This document shows positions 50,551 through 63,099 of a stretch of 64,000 nt of DNA, piece by piece. The translations under genes were made by a program, and so were the position numbers. The notes beneath the pieces were generated by a model, which was not told the DNA's origin, did not search any database, and saw only the letters and a program-made list of their open reading frames with translations. Source of the DNA: Octopus sinensis (lineage: Eukaryota); NCBI RefSeq assembly GCF_006345805.1, contig NW_021834283.1, positions 3,619 through 67,618 of the forward strand, read 5' to 3'. Numbering within the stretch: position 1 is the first letter of the stretch; each line of letters starts with the position of its first letter.

Positions 50551-52244
50551 AGTATAAGCCTGTATAGGCCCAAACAATGTTGTAGTAAGGCATACGAGAC
50601 GTCGCTGCAAACACCGCCGCAAATCAAATAATATTCAGTTATGCTACTTTGATGAAATGGTGCTTCAACGATTGCTATCTTCGTGTGCATATGTTTATTA
50701 TGCATATATGATGATATATGTATGTATGTTTGAATGTGCACACACACACAATATTATTAAGAAAATGGAGAGATTTAATGGATACAAACTTATTTATTTA
50801 TTAACATTGCCTACAATTGTTTCAATTTACACTCAATAGAAATTACAAACATAGATTAAAATAAGTTTGCATTTTGAAGATTTAGGGCAAAATATCATCA
50901 GAGCGAAAGGACATTAAGGAAGCTACATGCTGATTGGTTGAGATACTCCAACAGACTAAGTTGGTGAAGGTATATTTAGTTATTTTTTTGTGTGTGTGTG
51001 TGCGAGCGTTAATAATTTTATTTAAATATGATAATAATAAAATAAAGTATATAAAAAGTGTAAAAAGATAAAATATGAAAATAAAAATAAGTAAAAGTAA
51101 GTAATGAATATTAATAAAAATAAAGATAAAAATATTCAAAGATAAGGTATACAGACAAAAATAAAATAATAAAAAATAATAAACGGTAATGATATAATAA
51201 AAAAATCAATACGAAAATAACTGAAGTAAAATGAAATTATATAAAATAAAAATTAAAATAACATGTGAGTAAGATAAAAAATAAAAATAGCAATGATAAA
51301 TATAAATAAGAAATGAAGTAAAAATTCAAATAAAAATAAAACCGTTATAAATATGGATATTTATTGTCAATGTTAATTTATGTGTGTGTATATATTCATG
51401 TTAGTAAATATATGTGGGTAAGTTAGAAATAATAAATAAAAATGAAATAAAATATAGTAAAAACAAATATAAATGAAACTGTTTTGAATATGGATGCCTA
51501 TTGTCTATGTTAATTTGTGTGAGTATGTGGGTGTGTGGCTGTTTATTATTTATGTTGTTTTATGGGTGTGTATGTGTGTATGCATGTTAGTAAAAGGCTT
51601 ATGAAATCAAATCAGTTTATTTATATATGCGTTTGTTTATAATTATCTGAAAATAAAAGCCAATTTTTATAGTCATTTATTACAATTAATAACGACAGAA
51701 AATGTTAATATTGGATAGACATCAATATATATTATATGTAACGGTAATAAAATATATAAATAAATATATTTATATTTGTGTGTGTATAATAATTGGAAAA
51801 TGAAAGTCTTGTATCAAATAAATAAGTACATTTATATTCACGAGAGTATATTTATTTGAGAATAAAAACTAATCTTTATAGTTATTCATTATTATTTCTA
51901 TATTTATGTATGTGTGTCAGTACATGTATTTATACATGCACTTGAATGCATTTAAATTTAGTACGTTGAATGCATTTAAATTTAGTACGTATAAAATTAA
52001 TGTTATCGATAGACTTACAAGTTTTCAATTTAATTTTTCATTTAAATTTAAATTACCTATATTTGCTAATTAATCAATAAAGATTAATACTCAAAATTTT
52101 AATTGGACTTTTTTGTATATGTTATATATTATAATATTTTATACTTGGTTTTTAAATTAAGTTATATTTACTATATTATGTTTATATTTTTAATATTCAA
52201 TTTTATCTTTATTAATTATATTTGCTAAAAACATTTTAGAGGAA

Positions 52245-52600
52245 TGGATTACAAGATATACTTGCCGCTTTCCTAGAATTAAGGAGCTTGTGTTTAGATG
52301 TTAGAATTTGAAATATTTCTTCGAGACACAATTCACACCTCTTATCGAAAATTCCATAAGATCTGACCTGACTTATAATCTTCCATTTAAGCTTATAATT
52401 TTTTATTATTGTCCTTTAACATCTATATAAATTTGCTGACGATCATTTCATGCAACTCCATTTAATTGTTCAATTAAATGGAGTTGCATGAAACGATCGT
52501 ACTGCATTACCTCTGGATATCCTTCTTGCTTATTTTGATTATAATCACCTTATTTTGAAATTGTATGGATAATACTGTACTAAATTCTGGTGCCTCAACT
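52245..52600 (-). mobile_element. Penelope-like element GIY-YIG endonuclease C-terminal relic
   Basis: Minus translation with one stop and one frameshift: SKFI*MLKDNNK/NYKLKWKIISQVRSYGIFDKRCELCLEEIFQILTSKHKLLNSR. Matches the PLE W-x-I...C-x-LC-x-E...LLN-x-R tail. Confidence 0.7.
52439..52500. repeat. 62-bp near-perfect palindrome
   Basis: acgatcatttcatgcaactccatttaattg-tt-caattaaatggagttgcatgaaacgatcgt; arms match 29/30. Confidence 0.97.
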
Positions 52601-52619
52601 TAAGTACCATATTAATCTG

Positions 52620-52691
<72 letters not shown>

Positions 52692-52776
52692 GGTATATAT
52701 ATATTATATATATGTATACATGTGTGTGCGTGTAATCTCTTACACTTATGTATGATTTCTATTACTATTTCTTTAG

Positions 52777-53690
52777 ATCTCCCCCGGTGGAGACTGTCAT
52801 ACGTGACATCTTTTATTAAGAAGGACCATGAGAAAAAGTAAGGAATGGAAATATTTATGCAATTCCAATTTATCCAATATCCCATGTTGTTTCTAAGTAT
52901 TTTATATTTATGCATTTGTCTGCATGTGTTTCTGCATTCAATTGTTTTACCATTGTTCTTGTAGAACTTTTTGCGACGAAACATGCTGCATATATTGATC
53001 CCATAATATGATTTCAATAAATCTTTATTGCTAAAGCACATCTCACCAAAGATATTTTCGATATTTTTTCCCCTTTTGTATATTTTCCATCTTCGTATTT
53101 TTGTCCACTTCTGTTTTTCATTTTCTTTTAATTTAACTACAGACGCCTGATATTCACATATAGAAAAAATACCACGCATTTCTACATCTCACCATAATTA
53201 ATTTGCCAACAAGTGTCTCCATATGTATACAACGGCCAGACATCAGTGCTTGCTTGCAACATTCAGGAAACTGAGAACCTCACAAGGCTAGATTCGTGGC
53301 ATTGGTAAGTTATAATTTGATTTTCGACAATTCTGAAATATGCATAAATACCTATTATATTCGATTATGTGTGATGTCTTGATCGATATGTTATCTATGT
53401 ACATAAAAGTTCGATATAGTTTATATGTTCTTCGTTTTCAGATATTTGAAGCCGGTTGTCTGTGATGAGATTTGAATGGCGAATATATAATGCTACAACT
53501 ATGTTGCACAAAACATTCCTCAGACACTCCACCGGTTCTGAGAAATCAACAATAAGCTATGTGGAAGAACGCCATAATAAAAATGTGGTGTTTGGTGCCG
53601 AATTATGAAGAACAGACCCCAATTTGGTCTATTTTCTTAAACTTCAAAGACCAATTCTTTAAAAATATGTGGGGTTTATGTCAAGGATAA
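52777..53690 (+). pseudogene. Putative three-exon spliced coding relic, unknown family
   Basis: Canonical acceptor and donor contexts. Exons 52777-52837 and 53143-53304 join in phase (LPRWRLSYVTSFIKKDHEKKRLIFTYRK...VSPYVYNGQTSVLACNIQETENLTRLDSWH); third acceptor at 53441. In-frame stops present. Confidence 0.35.
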
Positions 53691-54366
53691 AAAAATAAAG
53701 AAATAATTCAGTTTTGAAATATTTTTGGTTTTCATTCTGAATTAAAAAAAAATTTAAACTGATATTTATTTTACCTTGTTTCTTCTATAATATACGAAAG
53801 ATTTTCGCTAAGGAACATCTAAGAAATGTTAAAGAAAAAGTGCATCATCTCTGTTTACCTTCTCTCTCTCTCTCTCTTCCTTCTTCTCCCTCCCACCCTC
53901 TTACTCTCTGTATATATCTTTTTTAGGTGTTACTTATTTCAATCATTAAAGTGCAGTCATGTGGGTGCACCGTCTTGAAGAACTTTTAGTCGAATGAATC
54001 AACCGCAGTCCCTTTTTTTAATGCCTAGTACTTATTCTATCTTTCTCGTTTGCCGAACAGTTGAGTTATGGGGACGTAAATACACCAATACCGGTTGTGA
54101 AGTGGTGGCGGGGGACAAATACAGACTCAAAGACACACACACGAGAGCGTGCTCAAATTTCTGGCTTTAAGGGTGTCGCGAAAGGCTTGGTTGGAGTCCC
54201 AAACTTTCGAGTTCTTTTACAGGCCTTAGAAAAACTGAAAGACTACTGCGTTAAGTGTGTGAATCTGAGAGGGGAATATTCAGAATAAAATCATAATTAA
54301 CTGATAGCCCTGTATTTTCTGTTACATATTGCTAGGAACTTTTCAGTACTCCCTCACACACATGCG

Positions 54367-54440
<74 letters not shown>

Positions 54441-54684
54441 GGCTTCATTCAGTTTTCGTCTACGAAATTCATACGTAAGACTTTGGTCAGTCAGAGGCTA
54501 TAGTAGAAGATATTTGTGCAAAATGCCACGCAGTGGGACTGGACCCGGAACCTTGTAGTTGGGAATCAAGCTTCTTATCACACAGCTACACCTGCGCCTG
54601 TATGCACACACACACACACACACATGTACATACATGTACATTATATATGTGCGGTATGTATATATATATCTTTAATTCCATATG

Positions 54685-55635
54685 AACATTTGTCATCCTA
54701 CATACAGTGCAAGATCGGAATACATCGGACCAATGGCAGTACAATCCCAGAGCTGGAGTCGGTACGGGACCTGGGAATCCCCACCAGTAATGATGCAACA
54801 TTCCATGTGCATATCAGAACGATAGTATCACTGTGCATGGGATTAGCTGTGAGCCACGAAGAAGGCTACTATGCGATACCAATGGAGAATTCTTGTTTTC
54901 AGTTATCTGGATTACCGGTCACCGTAGAGCGACAATTTCGTAGTGGAACTTGAGGCAATCCAGCGCCAATATACAAAGACTAGCAGTATCACCCGGCGTT
55001 GCTCGGGTTTGTAAGGGAAATAACTATAAAGCATTTTTAGAGAGTTATAGCCAAGAAATAGCAAAAAAATGGAAAAAAAAAATGATGGTAAATTTTTTTT
55101 GAGAATTAAAAAGGTCGAGTTGCGTCCCTTAGACAGTCTGTGGTTTGTGTTTCTGATTCTCGATCCCATGTAGAATTTATCGATTTTTTTCAGAACTGGG
55201 GGAACTTTTCAAAATTTTCGCTGCGTTAGTTTTGAATTATGACATTGGGCTATGTGTGTATCAAGTTTCATCAGAATCGGTTGAAAGCCGTGGTAGGGTG
55301 AGGGTACAACCTGACAGACACACAGACACACACACAGACAAACTGCCGTTTATATATATAGAGAAGATTGACTCGGTGAAACAGATGAGTTCCTGGGAAG
55401 TGAAAGCTATAGCAACTACCGAATTGGATGGTACTGCACAGTGTCAAAGATCCCATCTTCTCTATCCAGAATAAGAACTTAGTACTTTAACAGTTTGGTT
55501 TTTCAACATTTTCCCAAACATCCTCAGATATTTGCGTGTTGTAACTGTGTAATCTTCAAAGACCGCGTGGACGTATTTTTGTCTGAGACACCAGGTGAAT
55601 CTACATTGCAGCAGGAAGCACAATGAAGAGCCGTT
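54685..55635 (+). mobile_element. Degenerate CR1-type LINE fragment interrupted by a Helitron
   Basis: IPELESVRDLGI..SNDATFHVHI...ELEAIQRQYTK | (K)IDSVKQMSSWE, then a tail similar to 46450-46700. Confidence 0.8.
54980..55364 (-). mobile_element. Non-autonomous Helitron
   Basis: Plus strand A|CTAGcagtatcacccggcgttgctcggg is the 3' CTAG and hairpin on minus. Far end tatatatatagaGA gives the 5' TC (exact end 55364 or 55367). Confidence 0.82.
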
Positions 55636-55739
55636 CCGTCCATCTCGCTACTTCACCAGAAACAGTACAGAAACTGTGCAGAAAAGAAACCTAGACACGC
55701 TAGAAGTCGGTTGCTCCAGAATCCCCTCAATTTCTGACT

Positions 55740-55840
55740 GAAATCAGTATATTCCCTCCAAGAAGAAGGATTTTGGTTGGTCGTGCAACATTTATGCACC
55801 GCTTCCTCCACATCTTTATCCGTAGAAAATCGACGACCTC
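55740..55840 (-). mobile_element. Mariner transposase C-terminal fragment
   Basis: RGRRFSTDKDVEEAVHK... Confidence 0.65.
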
Positions 55841-56020
55841 GGTTGGGAAGTGATGTCACATCCACTATATAGCCACGACCTTGTACCATCAGATTACCAT
55901 TTATTTCTAAGTTTGAAGAATTATTTGAATGGTAAAACTTCCAATAATGATGAGGACCTGAAATCGCACTTGCTTCAGTTTTTGGCTGATAAGGACCAGA
56001 AGTTCTATGCCTCCCTCTCT
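55841..56020 (+). mobile_element. Mariner transposase fragment, third catalytic D region
   Basis: GWEVMSHPLYSHDLVPSDYHLFLSLKNYLNGKTSNNDEDLKSHL. Confidence 0.88.
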
Positions 56021-56284
56021 GTGTATAACAGAACTTATATAAAAGAAAATCGTTTTCCAAGATGCTAAAGTACTGTTATGGATTTTTCGAAAGCCTTAAG
56101 TTATATTTTTTAACACTCTGCGGCGCACCTCTGTAGATATGAAACCCCACCGTGGAGCACTTTGTGAACATCACTCGTTTACACAATGCAAGTCTGCAAG
56201 ATGTTTTCACAAAAGACGAAAATGCTATTGATTATAGGTTTCTTCGATCTGGTTGGGTTGGCCTAGTGGTGACAATCATCCATT

Positions 56285-56859
56285 TGTCTTCTTTCCTCCT
56301 CCTCCTCCTCCTTCCCTCCCCTGCTTCCCTCCTCCTCCTCCTCCTCCTCCTCCTTCCCTGCTTCCCTCCTCCGTCTCCTCCCCACCCCCTTCCCTGCTTC
56401 CTTCCACCTCCCCCCCTCTCCTCCTCCCCTTCTCCACCACCTCCTCCTTCTCTCCCCTCTTCCTCCTCCGTTTTTTCTTCCTCCTCCTCTTTTCTTGATC
56501 CTCCTCTTCTTCCTATTTTTCTTCCTCCTCCTCTTTTTTTCTTCTTCCTCCTCATTCTCCTTTTCTTCCTCTTTTTCTTCCTCCTACCATTCCTCCTCCT
56601 CTTATTCCTTCTTCTCCTCCTCCTCCTCCTCCTCCTCATCATCATCATCGTCATCAGTAGCAGCAATCTAGTCGTCTTTGTCATCTTCATCATCTTTTTG
56701 TCATTTTTTTGTCATCGTCTTCATCATCATCACCACCAAAACCACCACCACCACCATTGTCATCATCATCATGACGACGACAACCACAAACACTCCCCCA
56801 CCACCACCACCACAATCACCACCACAACCACGACTACCACCATCACCACCACCACCACT

Positions 56860-56890
<31 letters not shown>

Positions 56891-57371
56891 CAACAACAAC
56901 AACGGCATCAATAACTACAATAACAAAAGCCACAAGACTTCCAACAGCATCAACAGATGCAGTATGAAAATGAAATCTCAAACATACAAGTAGACACAAA
57001 ACACAACAACGATAACAACAACAACATCAACATTAGCAGTAGCAACAACAACAACAACAATAATAATAATAATAATTTCAACAAAAAAAATCATTAACAA
57101 ATTCAAAAGAAACCGCCCCTCCCCTCAAAAAAATGCACATAAAGCATACAACTATGAAGTAAAAAAAAAAATAATGAAGGATATCAAACAAGCCACAAAA
57201 CATCCCACCACCACCACCACCACTACTAACAACAACAACAACAACAACAGCAGCAGCAGCAGCAACAACAACTTCTACAACAATAACTGCATATTACATT
57301 AATAAAGCATTCATATAGTGCCCTTGAGGAGGTTATTGAACAAAAAATCGAATCATCGATCACGGTTATTA

Positions 57372-57422
<51 letters not shown>

Positions 57423-57475
57423 TGTTATTGTTGTTGTTGTTGTTATTGTTGTTGTTATTATTATTATTATATTTA
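56285..57475. repeat. Low-complexity CCT/CTT, CAT/CAC, CAA and TAT/TGT tracts
   Basis: Direct reading. Source of the 271-aa and 153-aa artefact ORFs. Confidence 0.95.
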
Positions 57476-57601
57476 ATTTCATTGTAACTGTTTGTTTATC
57501 ATAAAAGTAAATATGAACGGTATTTGGAAAAGAAAGATAAACCTAAGAATTAATGTGTGTGTGTGCGTGTAAGTATTTGTGTGTGTGAGTGTGTGAATGT
57601 A

Positions 57602-57644
<43 letters not shown>

Positions 57645-57904
57645 ATGTGTATATATGTATTTATAAGTGTGTATGTATGTGCGTGTACACATACGCACAC
57701 GTGCGAACATGTGTGTATATATGCATGCATACGTTCATAAATACATACATACACACAATCATTGTATATGCATACATACATATTTTTGTATATGCACGCG
57801 TACATATATATACATATACATTCATGCAAACACAAGCATACAGGCATGTACATATATATATACACATACAGGGGGATGGGGAAGAAAAAGAAGAAAAGAT
57901 AAGT

Positions 57905-57949
<45 letters not shown>

Positions 57950-58094
57950 TTGAGACAGTGAAAGAGAACAATATATAGAGTTGGAGGGAGGAAGAGAGAG
58001 AGAGAGAGAGAGAAAGAGAGTAAAAGGGAGATGCAATCAGTAAGAAAAGATTGAAGAAATATAGTACGTGCCCATCAATAAACAAATGTAAAAT

Positions 58095-58130
<36 letters not shown>

Positions 58131-58203
58131 TACACGTACGCGCACACACATACACGCGCACGCACGCACACGATCGCGTGCGCGCGTGTTTGCGTTTCTA
58201 TCT

Positions 58204-58241
58204 CCTTTCTGTAGAAGAGCATAGACTCGAAACGTCAACGA
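58204..58241 (+). ncRNA. Degenerate copy of the 4913 hammerhead-like motif
   Basis: CCUUU-CUGUAGA-A-GAGC(AUAG)ACUC-GAAA-CG-UC|AACGA. Confidence 0.35.
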
Positions 58242-58309
58242 ATTCTTTGATTTTTGCTGAGCTACTACATCCTGTTTGTTGTTCTGTGTTTTAGTATAAT
58301 TTTGAAGTA

Positions 58310-59432
58310 TTAAGAATGAAATGTCCGATTTTCTTATGCACCAAGTTTGGCATTCGTTAACTCTAATGCTTTATCCTGACAATTCTTTGTTTTACAATAC
58401 TGAAGGGTTACATCATCACTTTTTGAAATGCAATTCATGATGTCTGATTATATTGAGTTTTCTCTTGTAAATCACATTTTGTCTGGTGACTTTACTTTTG
58501 AAAATCAGTCCTGTGGCAGACCTGAGACCAAGGTGGATAATGATGAACTGGAAACTGTAGCGGAAGCAGATACATCTCAAACTACGCGTGAGTTAGCAGC
58601 AAGGTTTGATGTTTCGATTCCAACCGTATTGGACCATCTGAAAGAAATCGTTATGATAAAGAAGCTGGACAAGTTAGTACCACACAAACTGAATGAGCAC
58701 CAAATGACACGGCGTCTTGAGACTTGCTATTCTTTGCTGTCACGGCATAAAAGCGAACCATTTTTGCATCGTATTGTTACGTGTGATGAAAAATTGATTA
58801 TTTTCAACAATAGCAAGCTTTCTGCAAAGTGGTTGGATAGAGACGAAGTGCCAAAACACAATCCAACAAAGAATATTTACCAAAAAAAGTTAATGGTGTT
58901 TGTTTGGTGGTTCAGCGCTGGTGTCATACATTACAACTTCATGAGACCTGGTATGTCAATTACAGCGGATGTATACATCAACCAATTGGATGAAATGATG
59001 AGTGAACCTGTAATTAAACAATCAAGATTTGTTAATAGAGACAGGCTAATTCTCTTGCGAGAAAATGCTCACCCCCACGTTGCACAAAGAACGCTATTCA
59101 GGTTACAGGAACTGAACTTGAAAACGCCCTGTCATCACCATATTCACCAGACCTTGCACCATCTGACAATTCCGCTTCCCAGGCATTAGACAACATTTTG
59201 CAAAGAAAAAAATTCAAATCTGAAGAAGATGCAACAACCCCCTTTTGTGATTTCGTCACCTCTTGTCCTCCAGAATTCTTCGCTGCCGACATAAAGAAGC
59301 AACCTATAAAGTGGCAAAATTGTATTGATAATTTAGGTGCATACTTTGATTAACTGCATTGCTTTTTGCCGAGATAAAGTAAAAAAAAAACTTTCAATTC
59401 AAAATCGGACATTTCATTCTTAACGAACTGAT
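58310..59432 (+). mobile_element. Hsmar1-like (cecropia-type) mariner with TIRs, defective
   Basis: Perfect 23-bp IR ttaagaatgaaatgtccgatttt (58310-58332 / 59401-59423). ORF 58428-59189 has LVPHKL, FLHRIVTCDEK, KKLMVFVWW, then frameshifted YSPDLAPSD...KWQNCIDNLGAYFD*. N-terminus deleted; second catalytic D reads E. Confidence 0.92.
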
Positions 59433-59799
59433 ATACATTATTAAATATATGCCTTGCGTATTTTCCGGTGGCTGCAGTGGCGAAGCAGAATATATAGACT
59501 CCCATATCGCCGGTGTTAAGACACCTTAGTCATGGACAAGAGAGATAACTCACCTTCAATCCCATTTGGGAGCGAGGGACATCGATGTTTCGTTATTTTT
59601 GGGGCTTGTTAAACACCGGCGACATGAGCGTTTATATGCTCCGCTACGCCATTGCAGATACCGGGAAATAGACAAAGCATATACATCAGTATATGTTTTT
59701 AATAATATTTATTACACTAGGGCTGCTTTTACTTCATATGTAAATACACACACACATATACACACATGTATATATGTATACATGTATATATGTACACGC

Positions 59800-60312
59800 G
59801 GAGGTGTAATGGCCCAGTGGTTAGGGCAGTGAGCTGGCAGAAACGTTAGCACGTCGGGCGAAATGCTTAGCGGTATTTCGTCTGCCGTTACGTTGTGAGT
59901 TCAAATTCCGCCGAGGTCGACTTTACCTTTCATCCTTTCGGGGTCGATAAATTAAGTACCAGTTACGCACTGGGGTCGATGTAATCGACTTAATACCTAT
60001 GTCTGTCCTTGTTTGTCCCTTCTATGTTTAGCCCCTTGTGGGTAATAAAGAAATGGGTTAGGGCAGCGGACTCCCGGTCGTAGGATCGCGGTTTATTGAG
60101 CGAAATCACCTAAAGCTTCACAAGGCTCCGGCAGGGTGGTGGTGGCGATCCCTGTTGTACTCTTTCGCCACAACTTTCTCTCACTCTTTCTTCTGTTGGC
60201 CTGCTCGCTTAGCCAGCGGGGTGGCGTCATTTGAAGGCTAAAACAATGCGAAGCGCATTGTGACCAGCGATGTGTAGCAACATCTGGTAGCCTGGTCGGT
60301 CACGGTGATCAC
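59800..60312 (+). mobile_element. SINE family C (tail 4) with a SINE A inserted in its tRNA head
   Basis: 11-bp TSD ggttagggcag at 59819-59829 and 60056-60066. Confidence 0.88.
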
Positions 60313-60482
60313 GGTGATATATGTGCACGCACCTACACTCATACACATTGATATTTATTTCAAATTGAATTCAGTGTTAAGTCAGCTTTTGTTCTACCAA
60401 TGTAACAGACTGCTCATAAGGTACCTGTTCCTTTTTTTAAGTTGCTTTATTTATTTTTTTTATCATTCTCATGTTACGTATT

Positions 60483-60875
60483 ACTTTTAACTTTTACTTG
60501 TTTCAGTCATTGGACTGCGGCCATGCAAGGGCACAAATCGATCCCGGTGCTGATTTTTTTCAAAAATAGCTGGTTTTATTCTATCAGACTCTTCTGCCGA
60601 ACCTCTAGGTTACAGGACACAAACAAACCCGCATCGGCATCGAGCAGTGTGGGGGAAGGATAAATACAAACACCCCACCACATACACAAACACACACACA
60701 CTCTCAAACATGTAAATACAAGGCTTCCGCAAGTTTCTCTCTACTAAATTCATTCACAAGGCATTGATCGACTCAGGGCTATAGGTGAAGATACTTGCCC
60801 AAGGTGCCACACAGTGAGACCGATCCCGAAACAACATGGCTGCAAAATGATTTTCACCACAAAACCATACCTGCG
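60483..60875 (-). mobile_element. Degenerate SINE family B
   Basis: cttttacttgtttcagtcattggactgcggccatg ... acttgcccaaggtgccac. Confidence 0.78.
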
Positions 60876-61997
60876 TTTCTTCGACTAATTCGTTAGTTAC
60901 ACCTGGATTAGGCTACTTGAGTTTGTAATCATATCCGTTTTCTCGAAATTTATTTACCTGTATATCACTTTTAATGCAGTAGTTGTCCTGTATCCCCTAT
61001 CGATTACATACAATTAACTTGTGTTGCTAATTAGTTGATTCTTTGTTTATCACTTTTCATTGGTTGCTTCAGTAGTTGCCAAGCATTTACATGTTGATTT
61101 CATAATCATGTCCTGTTTGCTAAAGTTTTCAATCAGTTATTTCATTGGAATCTGTTTCGCTAAAATTGCCCTTATACTTAATTTATAAATACGTTGTATA
61201 ATGTGATATGTTTTTGCGTTCCTGCGGTTTGTATTTTATTTTAGGTGCTTCCAAATTGCCATTCTTTTCCGTGAGTTAATATGTTGGTTGGACGCGTTAA
61301 CCGCAATGCGAAGCGATGAACAACTTGAAGTAAAAGAAGCAAGGTCTGATGATGTAATAGACTGGTAGATTCAGAACTACTATTAATTCCACCAATGAGA
61401 AATCGTAAGCATTTTAAACAAGTCTAGTAAAACAGGTTGTGATTTCGCAAAACAGGATACGGAAAGAGGAGAATCATTGAATTGGCCAATAAAAAGCAAT
61501 AACGGAACATTGATGAAAACAAACAAACAAAAGAGACACGAATTAGAGACAAAAATGGTAACCCGGATATAGAAATGGTGAAAACCAACGAAAACAAGAA
61601 TAGAAAACGGCAACAACAATGGACGGCGTCTTTATAATGAACCTATTTATATAATAAATAATACGTAAAAGAATGAGGTAAAAATGTGAGCGTATAATTT
61701 GGAATGTTGGAATTAATAATACTACACGAAGAAGATAACCAGAATGGCTGTAATCATATGGAAATCATTTGAAATTAACAAATCTGTATTCACTTCTTGG
61801 TTTTCTTATACATGCGTGCATACATAAATACATACATACTACATACATACATACAAACGTGTGGTGTGTGTGTGTGTGTTGTGTGTGTGTGTGTGTGTGT
61901 ACTTTTACTAAAGTTGGAAAAAATCTTCACAATATGTTACTCAGAGTCTCACGTTACAGTACATCGGACAGTTGTGACCATGTGATTATTCGTTTTC

Positions 61998-62069
<72 letters not shown>

Positions 62070-62222
62070 GTCTATCTATGTGCCTGTCTATCTGTCTGTC
62101 TGTCTGTCTATATGTCTGTCTATCTGTTTGTCTATATGCCTGTTTATCTCTCTCTCTCTCTCTATCTATCTATCGATCTATGTGTCCATGTATGTATGTG
62201 TGCTTGTATGTATCTATATATC

Positions 62223-62254
<32 letters not shown>

Positions 62255-62454
62255 TGTATGTATGTATGTATGTATGTATGTATGTATATATATATATATA
62301 TAATTATATATTATATATATATATATATTATATATATATATATGTATATATATATACACAGATATATATATACACAGAGATATATTTGTTCAACAGGTTA
62401 CGCATCTCACATTTCCATTCCCAAAGACATTTCAGGAATATTTCAATTATCTTC

Positions 62455-62850
62455 GATTTGTTTCAATCACTGGACTGCGAACATGGCGGGACCTTTCCGC
62501 CTTTAAATGTTTAGTCGAACAAATCGAACACACTACTTTATTTTGTTTTCGGTCTCCTTTTTCCGATCTGCTAAGTTACAGGGATATAAATAAACCCACA
62601 CCAGTTGCCAAGCGGTAGCAGTAGGTGAGTAACACCGACAAAAAGACATACACACCACATAGACACACGCACGCACGCGCGCTCACACACACACACATAC
62701 ACACACACACACACACACACGACGGGCTTCCACACAATTCACTCACAATGCAATGGTCGGATCGAAGCTATAGTAAAAGATACTTGCCCAAAGTGCCGTG
62801 TAGTGGGACGGAACCCAGCACTACGTGGTTACAAAACGAGCAACTTAAGC
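62455..62850 (-). mobile_element. Degenerate SINE family B
   Basis: tgtttcaatcactggactgcgaacatggc ... gatacttgcccaaagtgccg. Confidence 0.75.
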
Positions 62851-63099
62851 ACTCAGCCAGGTCTGCAGCTGCAATAAATTTGTATGAAACGATCGTAGGT
62901 AATCTGGGATTAAATAACGACGTCAACTAAAAACAATGTGGGCCAACAAACAAGATTTACGTTGGCGCTTCTCAAAGTGGTGGTATTAACCTGTTGGCGG
63001 TGTGGAGGTGATGAAAAATGTTTGGAGGGACCAAGGATGATGTAGCGGGTGCTATCGATGCATCAGGTTAGCTTTTAACGTCTTTGTCTCCTATTTAAA

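Noticed and set aside
50860-50910. CUGAUGA on minus near the AT-rich tract
   Set aside because: Followed by AAAA instead of GAAA, with no helix III.
52655-53179. 174-aa minus-strand ORF
   Set aside because: No recognisable motif, ends in microsatellite, and lies antisense to better-supported splice signals; consistent with chance.
56152-56967. 271-aa hydrophobic ORF
   Set aside because: Low-complexity CCT/CTT/CAT tracts.
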